A stretch of 64,000 nucleotides of DNA, taken from Candidatus Omnitrophota bacterium. GTDB lineage: Bacteria; Omnitrophota; Omnitrophia; Omnitrophales; Aquincolibacteriaceae. Of this stretch, positions 56,887-64,000 are shown in pieces. The stretch covers positions 160,423-224,422 of the forward strand of contig JAUYMS010000042.1 in assembly GCA_030698625.1 (NCBI GenBank). The letters are read 5' to 3'. Positions within the stretch are counted from its first letter, which is position 1; every line of letters starts with the position of its first letter. The translations under genes were made by a program, and so were the position numbers. The notes below the pieces were generated by a model. That model had not been told where the DNA came from and did no database searches. It saw nothing but the letters and a program-made list of their open reading frames with translations.

Positions 56887-58698
56887 TCATAACCGCACCT
56901 TTTGCCGGGCAAATTCCACCCAGTCCTCGTTAAGTTCTTCCATAACATCTTCGAAGGCCTCTCCGAAGGCATCGACACTGAAGGACTCATTCGTGAGCAT
57001 TTCGATATACTTTCGCAATCGAGGGATGTATTTCCCGTTTTCATACTCGAAAAAGAATTGGGCGGCGTTTCGCCATAGCACATAGGACCGCGGTTGATAA
57101 TCGCGCGTCTTGATAACTCGATCCAGATCCGGCAGTTTCCCGAACCGATAGAGTTCGGACATATAGGTCTTCCCGGCAAGTCTGTTTTCCAAGAAATCAA
57201 TCCCGGAAAGCTTCATGCTCACATAGTCGGCCACCCCTTCATCCAGCCACGCTGGAGCACGAATCATCAGATCGGCCATCACCCAATGTGCGATTTCGTG
57301 GATGATGCCGCCGGTCTTGAGTTCCTCGGTGAAGTGATAATAGAGTGTATTCTTCTCCCTGACGAATACCCCAGAGAAAAAAACGGCATCCGAAAAGTAG
57401 TAATCATAAGAATCGCGGACAAAGGATATCTTGTCGGCATAAATATTGAGATCGGCTTTAGGCTGCGCGATGACCTTTTCACCGAAGATGGGCGTGAGGA
57501 TCTTGGTCAAATCATCGACATACTCATCCAGACTCGCCAAAAACTCCGTGCGGTAAGGATCCCCGACATTCGTCTTTAATTTGAAATAGCGCGACTCGAG
57601 GACTTCTGCATCCTTCCACTCTCCGGTTTTAGTCTTTCTTTCGAATTCGCGCTGACGGACATAGTCTTTGTATGCCTGTTGGGCCGTCTCTACCACAGTG
57701 ATCTTGTCGGTCTTTACATGCGTTATTTCTTCGATCGCATCGATGGCTTTATCCAACTCGCCCAACTCGCCGTCGATAAGCGCAATCGAGAGCTGCAGCT
57801 CCAGGTCATCCGGGTAGTAGTGCATAAGCCATCGAAGCTTTTCTTTCGCCTGCAAAAAATTTCCGGCTTCCATCATGAGCGCTGTGCGGCGGTAGTGTTC
57901 ACGCAGCGAGCTCTTGATCCCATCTTCCCTTCTCCGCACTTCACCCAAGAGCACGCGGCCCAAATGAACATCGTTAACATACTGCATCGTGACAATCTCA
58001 GGATGACCGGGGACAAGACTCAGAGCCTTTTCGATCCACACACCGGCTTCGTCATAATTCATACGCTTCATATGGTAAGTGGCTCTTAGAATGCAGTATT
58101 CGACATCTTCTATATCGTCGACACCATAATCCAGGATAACGGGGCCGCACTTCTTATACTCACCGAGCGTCAGGTAAATTCCGCAAAGCTCGGTACGCGG
58201 CTTCAGGAGGTTGGGTTGCAGCTTAATCAGTTTTTCTAGTTCTACCTGGGCCCGCACCAACTTGCGCTCGAACATCAGGAGATTTGCCTTAGTATAGATA
58301 TCTGTCCAGGAATCCCCCAGCGTCTCGAGAAGTTCCTCGTTCAGGGCATAGGCGTCGCTCATCTTACCTTGATAGATGAGCGTACTGACAAGCTCACGCT
58401 TGGCTGAGACATTGTCGGGGGCGCGCTCCAAGAGCTTGCGGTAGATCTCTTCGCCATCCTCATAGCGTCCCTGAGCCGCGAGGGCGCTGCCCAGAAGGCC
58501 CCATATTTCATTGTCTTCCGGGTGGTCGGCCAAATAACTGCGGAAAAGGTCCTCATGTGCCGTGGGATCGCCCTCAAAATAGAGCTTCAGGACCTGGGCT
58601 CGGCTTGGACTCTCCCGATTGGCAGCATCGAGACGAATGACAGGAATAATAACGACGAGTGCGGTTATTGTGAGCGCATATAGAGTGCCACGTGACAA
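56887..58698 (-). CDS. Secreted TPR protein with C-terminal gluzincin-like metallopeptidase domain (DUF1570/peptidase MA-like)
   Basis: Signal peptide, TPR-like repeats, HEIAH...PAWLDEGVA. Confidence 0.82.
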   Translation of the reverse strand: MSRGTLYALTITALVVIIPVIRLDAANRESPSRAQVLKLYFEGDPTAHEDLFRSYLADHPEDNEIWGLLGSALAAQGRYEDGEEIYRKLLERAPDNVSAKRELVSTLIYQGKMSDAYALNEELLETLGDSWTDIYTKANLLMFERKLVRAQVELEKLIKLQPNLLKPRTELCGIYLTLGEYKKCGPVILDYGVDDIEDVEYCILRATYHMKRMNYDEAGVWIEKALSLVPGHPEIVTMQYVNDVHLGRVLLGEVRRREDGIKSSLREHYRRTALMMEAGNFLQAKEKLRWLMHYYPDDLELQLSIALIDGELGELDKAIDAIEEITHVKTDKITVVETAQQAYKDYVRQREFERKTKTGEWKDAEVLESRYFKLKTNVGDPYRTEFLASLDEYVDDLTKILTPIFGEKVIAQPKADLNIYADKISFVRDSYDYYFSDAVFFSGVFVREKNTLYYHFTEELKTGGIIHEIAHWVMADLMIRAPAWLDEGVADYVSMKLSGIDFLENRLAGKTYMSELYRFGKLPDLDRVIKTRDYQPRSYVLWRNAAQFFFEYENGKYIPRLRKYIEMLTNESFSVDAFGEAFEDVMEELNEDWVEFARQKVRL

Positions 58699-58749
58699 AC
58701 TTCACCTCCAAGTAACCATTGTAATCGCCGTAACTTACGATTGCAAACC

Positions 58750-59448
58750 TCAAATGGCGGGCTTGATGCGAAACTCTAATGCGATGGTCGTACCGGAACC
58801 CCGGAAGCTGGAAACAGCAATGCGACCGCGATTTTTGCTCACAAGGCCTTGGGTCAGGTAAAGGCCAAGACCGCTTCCTTCTTCTGCGGGTTTGGTGCTA
58901 AAAAAAGGCCGGAAGAGGCACCGCAAAGCGGCCGTCTCTATCCCGGGACCGGTATCGGCGAGTGTGATCGTAGCACGATGCTCGCCTTCTGCGGAGCAGG
59001 CGATTTGCGCGCGTAGAATTAGTTTCCCGTTGAAGGCAATGGCCTGCAGTGCATTCTTGCAGAGGTGATACAGAATCTCCTGAAATTCACCCCCTTCACA
59101 GCATATGGCTGGAAAATCGTCCGGGATTCGATCCAGTATCTCAATAGAGTCAAAAGGAAATTCTCGTTGAAGAATGCGCCTGACCCGGCTCCAGGTTTCC
59201 TTGAGTCCCGCCTCAGATTGGAGGGAATTGTCCTCATGAGCCATTCCGCTCACAACCTGTCGAATACGTTTCGTGATTTTCAACCCCTGCCGGGCCTTCA
59301 GGTAGGCGCTTTTAAGGATCTTCTCGGCGTGAATGAGCCGCTCCTCACGATTGTCAAAATACCCCTCATCGACCTGGGCTAGATGCGCCTCCGCCATACC
59401 CTTGATCACGTAGAATATGTTGAGCACATTGTGCTGAAGCTGTCCCAT
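58750..59448 (-). CDS. Sensorless histidine kinase-like protein (atypical H-box plus HATPase)
   Basis: QHNVLN at the N-terminus; KNALQA, DTGPGI, FRPFFSTK, GSGLGL. Confidence 0.85.
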   Translation of the reverse strand: MGQLQHNVLNIFYVIKGMAEAHLAQVDEGYFDNREERLIHAEKILKSAYLKARQGLKITKRIRQVVSGMAHEDNSLQSEAGLKETWSRVRRILQREFPFDSIEILDRIPDDFPAICCEGGEFQEILYHLCKNALQAIAFNGKLILRAQIACSAEGEHRATITLADTGPGIETAALRCLFRPFFSTKPAEEGSGLGLYLTQGLVSKNRGRIAVSSFRGSGTTIALEFRIKPAI

Positions 59449-59457
59449 GATGCTCGT

Positions 59458-60009
59458 TTACCTCCCTTTGATATACCGACGAACTTTCATTTTCCACCAC
59501 CAAGATCTGAGATACTGCCGGCCGATAGCCAAGTCGCTGAGCTTACCAAATGCCCCTGCCGGGAAACATGTCTCCTGGCAATAATATCTCGCAAACGCCT
59601 GAATCAAATCACGGTAGCGATGAAAGAACCGTATCCAGGATTTGGAATTCGTGGGAAGGTCGCAGCGCAAAACGGCAATCAAGCGGTCTATGATCCGGGA
59701 ATGTGCTTGTGCCTCATCGGCGACGAATTCCTGCAGACAGCTCAGATGCTCTATAATTCTTAGGGCCTTGCGCGCATCGAGCCATCCCTCCTTTCCGCTC
59801 AGGGCAAAATGCGCGATCAGAGAAAAATATGAAAGCGCATGGTTGGCATTGTGGTGTTCCTGCATGGACTGAAGCCGCTGGGTAATCGGAGCTTGCTGCG
59901 ACACGATACGAATCAAGCCTTCTGGGCTCTCACTTATGTAAGTTTTGTCTGGTTCATCTTTATTACTTTTTTCTCGATAATTAACATCTATTGTCCTCTC
60001 TGCCTTCAT
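59458..60009 (-). CDS. Hypothetical helical protein
   Basis: AAGGGGG RBS; first gene of the operon; HHNANHAL segment. Confidence 0.65.
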   Translation of the reverse strand: MKAERTIDVNYREKSNKDEPDKTYISESPEGLIRIVSQQAPITQRLQSMQEHHNANHALSYFSLIAHFALSGKEGWLDARKALRIIEHLSCLQEFVADEAQAHSRIIDRLIAVLRCDLPTNSKSWIRFFHRYRDLIQAFARYYCQETCFPAGAFGKLSDLAIGRQYLRSWWWKMKVRRYIKGR

Positions 60010-60085
60010 CGCTTTATCCCCCTTAATTTCTTACTTATGGGAACCATAGCACCCGAGGTTCAGCATAACAAGGTCTCCATATTAG

Positions 60086-60142
60086 ATAGTTTTTACTATA
60101 TTTTTATCGATATTTGACAACCTCTATAAATCCGGCTAAGCT
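60086..60142 (+). promoter_or_regulatory. Putative sigma70 promoter with upstream palindrome
   Basis: TTGACA (60114)-17 nt-TAAGCT (60137); ATAGT-N4-ACTAT at 60086-60099. Confidence 0.5.
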
Positions 60143-60173
60143 TATGAAGTTAAGACCTGTTTAAGGGAGATTC

Positions 60174-61502
60174 ATGTACAAGCAGATCTGGGAAAAATAT
60201 CGTGCCAGCTTGCCCGGGTTTCCTGCACTGCGGCGCCCATTAGTCGGTTCGGTCATCAAGGAAATTCGCGTAGACAAGGGCATAGCACAAAAGGATTTCT
60301 CGCGTCTAGTCGGTATCCACGAATCGACGCTAAAATCCATCGAGAACGATCATCAGCAGGCGACGACAGTCGACAACCTCGAGCGGTGCGCTAAGGTTCT
60401 GGGTCTGAGCGCTGACAGCTTGATTCTGGCCGGGCAAGAACGAGATCCCGCAAATTGTTTCATCCAGAAGAAAACGGCTCCATCTGCGATTACAGGCATT
60501 CGCAAGAGAAAACGCGCACCGGAAGAATGGCATCAGAGTCTGCGACTCCGTTTTAAGGATTTCGACCTAACCCCCATCTCCGCCCCTATTGCAAGCAAGA
60601 AAGACTTTTTTTTATGCCGCATCAATTTGCCGCCCAAGCGCTCCATTAGGAATCTGCGTTTACCCGGTCATCACGCAGTAATCGGATTTGTGTCAGGCGG
60701 ATTCAATGTCAAAGTCACATGCGGTTCAAAAATAGCTGAGGTTACAAGCAATCAGGGCTTTGCCCTCGACGGATTTTTCCCCCACGACATTCGCAACGAT
60801 GATGAAGATCAGGGCGCGATCATCTATCTCGTGACCCGCTTTCCGAACTTCTCCATGATCGGTCAGACAACTTCGTCTTCTGAGAAACGTCCTGGCTCGA
60901 TCCGCATATCTCAAGGAATCGAGCAATTACGTCGGCATCGCTCCGACCGTCCTGGACGGCCAATTTCGGTACAACATCTCGCGGATCTTACGGATACCCT
61001 CGATCATGAACAAGTCGCAAAGATGATGCGCCTCAAAAAGGGTTCGTCTGTAGTTTATTGGGAAAAGATTGAGGATCTCCTCGGAGGCGTAGGCGTATCG
61101 CTTGAAAAGTTTCTCCTCTGGTCGCAGGAGAGATCACAAAAGCCCTTTTCGGTGGCCACAGCGACAACACGCGCGATGATCGATTTTAGCACTTATCATG
61201 GAATCAAGATTTACTCAGCGGTTCCCCCAGGCATTGAGCACCGATTCTTCTGCGGCGAACTCTTCATTGCCGGCAAGGGCACTCTTATCAAGCGCGGGTG
61301 GGAACGTAAGGATCCAAGCATGATCGGCATTTATGTGGAGGAGGGGGAAATGGAGGTAACGGTCGGGAAACGGCGCAGTGCCCTGCCAATATTAAAGGGA
61401 GAATCGATTTACTTCGACGGGAGTCTGGGATATGTCCTGAGAAATGCCGCAAACAATCAGGTGAAAGGCTTTATGGCCGCCTGCCCTTCGATACATTTTT
61501 AG
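60174..61502 (+). CDS. XRE-HTH/cupin regulator with internal duplication
   Basis: KEIRVDKGIAQKDFSRLVGIHESTLKSIEN; cupin ending FFPHDIRN; second degenerate HTH; cupin YVEEGEM...GESIYFDG. Confidence 0.8.
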   Translation: MYKQIWEKYRASLPGFPALRRPLVGSVIKEIRVDKGIAQKDFSRLVGIHESTLKSIENDHQQATTVDNLERCAKVLGLSADSLILAGQERDPANCFIQKKTAPSAITGIRKRKRAPEEWHQSLRLRFKDFDLTPISAPIASKKDFFLCRINLPPKRSIRNLRLPGHHAVIGFVSGGFNVKVTCGSKIAEVTSNQGFALDGFFPHDIRNDDEDQGAIIYLVTRFPNFSMIGQTTSSSEKRPGSIRISQGIEQLRRHRSDRPGRPISVQHLADLTDTLDHEQVAKMMRLKKGSSVVYWEKIEDLLGGVGVSLEKFLLWSQERSQKPFSVATATTRAMIDFSTYHGIKIYSAVPPGIEHRFFCGELFIAGKGTLIKRGWERKDPSMIGIYVEEGEMEVTVGKRRSALPILKGESIYFDGSLGYVLRNAANNQVKGFMAACPSIHF

Positions 61503-61504
61503 CG

Positions 61505-62335
61505 TTAACTGCCGGTGCCGAGGGTATTGGCTTCGGTTGCCATCACTTTTATCTGCTCAATTAATGTCGGAAGATCAAAAGGTTTTGTAACTAACGCCGC
61601 CGAATCGAAACCCACGCTGCGGAGTTTCTCCTTCATCTCGTCTACATACTTGGCGGAGACCGGGATAAACCTGATCATCTTGTTGAATTTCTTCACCTCT
61701 TCGATCAATTTGTGCCCCGGGATCTTGGGAAGCGACATGTCTACAACGGCGATCTGGCATGTATCCTTGTCTACCCTAAAGAAATCAAGGGCCGCCTGGC
61801 CGTCGCGGAAGGTTATGACTTCATACTTTCTTTCCCGAAGAATTTCGGCCAGAATCTCGTTAATTTCATCCTCGTCGTCCACGAGCACCACCTTGGTGCG
61901 GTTATCATAGTAAATCTCATCCTCATAATCACTGCCGACTTCACTGGGAGCGACAATACGATTAAGCTTTCTGTTAATACTGGCCTCGATTTTCGAGAAA
62001 TCCCGAAAAGGCTTTTCAATGACATCTTCGGCCGTAATCCCTACCTGCTCCAGGCGTTCACGTTCATCTTGAAAATAAGCCGTAATGATAAGGACCGGCG
62101 TCTTAACGTTGTTGGCACGAAGGTTTTGAAGCACCTCATACCCGTTTAAGCGTTCCATACGCAAATCGAGAAGTATGAGGTGAACCTCAAAGGCCTCAAG
62201 CGTCTGTTTTACAATGGCCGGATTGGCCGTAGCGATCGGTTCGTAATTGCGACGACGGAAATGGGTCACGAGCTGTTCGATGACGGTCTTATCATCATCG
62301 ACAATAAGTATGGTAGTCGGTTTGTCACCCATCAA
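61505..62335 (-). CDS. Response regulator with two tandem receiver domains and no output domain
   Basis: ILIVDDD/LDLRM/EKPF and VLVDDE/VDMSLP/TKPF. Confidence 0.9.
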   Translation of the reverse strand: MMGDKPTTILIVDDDKTVIEQLVTHFRRRNYEPIATANPAIVKQTLEAFEVHLILLDLRMERLNGYEVLQNLRANNVKTPVLIITAYFQDERERLEQVGITAEDVIEKPFRDFSKIEASINRKLNRIVAPSEVGSDYEDEIYYDNRTKVVLVDDEDEINEILAEILRERKYEVITFRDGQAALDFFRVDKDTCQIAVVDMSLPKIPGHKLIEEVKKFNKMIRFIPVSAKYVDEMKEKLRSVGFDSAALVTKPFDLPTLIEQIKVMATEANTLGTGS

Positions 62336-62347
62336 AAACTCTCCTCC

Positions 62348-62731
62348 TTAGCGTCCGAGCACAATGTTAATTTCATTTACAAATCTTTCAGGATTTAAAT
62401 CGCCCGGTTTTTCTAACACTTTATCGACGAGATCGCTTACGGCATGATCCTCAAGCGTGGGGCCGAGAAACCGCTTCGCCGTCGCCGACATAACAATGAT
62501 TTTGGGGCGGTTCTGAACGGCCCTGTAGGTTTTGATGATGTCGATCCCGGATGTGGAACCGCTAAGACGCACATCGACGATGAGGGCATCGTAGGGCACA
62601 TTAGTAAGATATTCTAGGCCCTCCTCACCGGAATGAACGACATCGACGTCATAACCGCCCTCCACGAGAACCTCCTTCAGGATCTCGCAAATATCCGTTT
62701 CGTCTTCAACGATTAGGATCCGTCGCCCCAT
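62348..62731 (-). CDS. Single-domain response regulator
   Basis: MGRRILIVEDE, VDVRL, MSA, EKP; start moved to 62731. Confidence 0.88.
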   Translation of the reverse strand: MGRRILIVEDETDICEILKEVLVEGGYDVDVVHSGEEGLEYLTNVPYDALIVDVRLSGSTSGIDIIKTYRAVQNRPKIIVMSATAKRFLGPTLEDHAVSDLVDKVLEKPGDLNPERFVNEINIVLGR

Positions 62732-62738
62732 AGAACCC

Positions 62739-63101
62739 CTAAGCAGAAGCCGCAATTGCTCGCAGCACCTGAAGCTGATTGAGATGCCGGTGCTTGAGCC
62801 GTTCGTATCGCATCTTCTCAGCCTGCGCACGATCGATGATACTCTTATAAACCTGTTCCATTTCGTCGACCCATTTAGCATACTCCTTAAGGCCGTCGCT
62901 GTCCTTCTCACGAACCAGCGCTTCCCGTATCTTTTCATATTGAGAGATGGCTCTAGCCTCGGCTTCGGCTTTCTGGTCGTACCAGTCTGCCATGGATAGT
63001 GACTCGTTGACTGCCGCACCTACTTGAGACCACGCCTTCGCTGATTGAACCGTTAACAACATCACCCCGCACGCGATCACAACCATTGCCTTTTTGATCA
63101 T
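62739..63101 (-). CDS. Hypothetical secreted coiled-coil protein
   Basis: GGAGG RBS, signal peptide, ATGA overlap with glgP. Confidence 0.65.
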   Translation of the reverse strand: MIKKAMVVIACGVMLLTVQSAKAWSQVGAAVNESLSMADWYDQKAEAEARAISQYEKIREALVREKDSDGLKEYAKWVDEMEQVYKSIIDRAQAEKMRYERLKHRHLNQLQVLRAIAASA

Positions 63102-64000
63102 GGCTTTCTGTTGCCTCCTTGTTTTTTAAATTCGCCGCACTCTAGCCCCCAGATATCTTGAGCATATTCAGCGATCGTGCGGTCGCTTGAGAACTTACCC
63201 GAACGCGACACGTTGAGAATTGCCTTTTGTGTCCAATCTTGAACATCCAGATAATTCTTAGAAACAGCCGCTTGTGCCTGACAATACGCCTCGAAATCGG
63301 CACAAACGAAATACCGGTCGAAGGATTTCAGATTCTCAATCAGGGGCCTAAAGATGCCCTGCTCCATAGGAGAAAAGAAATCCGCTTCGACCATTTGAAA
63401 AATCTCTTCGAGGACGGGCGACTTCTGGATAATCTCGCGAGGATTGTACCCCGCAGCAGACATCCCCTTAACCTCCTCGGAACTCAACCCAAACATAAAC
63501 ATGTTTTCGCTTCCCGCCGCTTCGGCCATCTCGATATTGGCGCCGTCCTGGGTACCGATGGTCAGGGCCCCGTTCATCATAAATTTCATGCAACCCGTAC
63601 CCGAGGCCTCCTTTCCTGCCGTGGAAATCTGCTCTGAGAGATCGCTTGCGGGAAAGATCTTTTCGGCAAGAGAAACGCGGTAATTCTCCAGAAACAAAAC
63701 TTTGAGCTTTTCGTGACAAGACCTGTCTTGGTTGATCACGCCGGCGATGCTCGTAATAAACTTGATAACAAGCTTTGCCATGGCGTAACCCGGCGCAGCC
63801 TTTCCGCCAAAAATAAACGTTCGGCTGACGTTATGGCTTCTCGGATTGTGCTTGATTTTCAAGTACTCCGAGATGATATAAAAAGCGAATAACACCTGGC
63901 GCTTATATTCGTGAATTCTTTTGACCTGAACGTCAAAAAGAGAGTGCTCATCCACCCGAACTCCGGTCATCTCCCGGATAAGTCCGGCCAGCACCCTCTT
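63098..64000 (-). CDS. glgP: Glycogen/starch phosphorylase, C-terminal part (5' end outside window)
   Basis: QVKRIHEYKRQ, GGKAAPGY, EASGTGCMKFMMNGALTIGT.DGAN, FSSDRTI. Confidence 0.96.
   Translation of the reverse strand, partial: KRVLAGLIREMTGVRVDEHSLFDVQVKRIHEYKRQVLFAFYIISEYLKIKHNPRSHNVSRTFIFGGKAAPGYAMAKLVIKFITSIAGVINQDRSCHEKLKVLFLENYRVSLAEKIFPASDLSEQISTAGKEASGTGCMKFMMNGALTIGTQDGANIEMAEAAGSENMFMFGLSSEEVKGMSAAGYNPREIIQKSPVLEEIFQMVEADFFSPMEQGIFRPLIENLKSFDRYFVCADFEAYCQAQAAVSKNYLDVQDWTQKAILNVSRSGKFSSDRTIAEYAQDIWGLECGEFKKQGGNRKP

Noticed and set aside
1-64000. CRISPR arrays, tRNA/rRNA, transposases, integrases, prophage genes
   Set aside because: No direct-repeat array, RNA gene signature or mobile-element protein recognised by eye.

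Overview
A gene-dense bacterial chromosomal window, mostly coded on the minus strand. Protein styles suggest PVC-superphylum/Omnitrophota origin; this is an inference, as no marker gene is present. No rRNA, tRNA, CRISPR array or mobile element was recognised. The left edge holds the 5' end of a very large secreted protein (minus strand, starts at 2738, at least 912 aa, runs off the window) that the ORF track missed. It has a ChaN/TraB/Tiki-like N-terminal domain followed by unrelated modules separated by an exact RSELR motif, a candidate self-processing polyprotein. Next come putA, a 1385-aa repeat surface protein and a Leu/Val/Phe dehydrogenase. A mixed operon ending in FNR lies divergent from a pentaheme cytochrome / beta-barrel / tetraheme cytochrome cluster. 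Further along are a PilZ-FeeM fusion, stress and redox genes (crcB, YceI, CDGSH, qor, msrB), an ABC-F gene and an apparently undescribed uORF attenuator in front of a 71-aa protein. The right part holds a furan-fatty-acid-like lipid modification cluster with two gene fusions, GH57/glgP glucan genes, and a signalling cluster (sensorless kinase, stand-alone receivers, double XRE-cupin). Four isolated lesions (two homopolymer frameshifts, two in-frame stops) suggest residual sequencing error. All family calls are by motif recognition, not database search.
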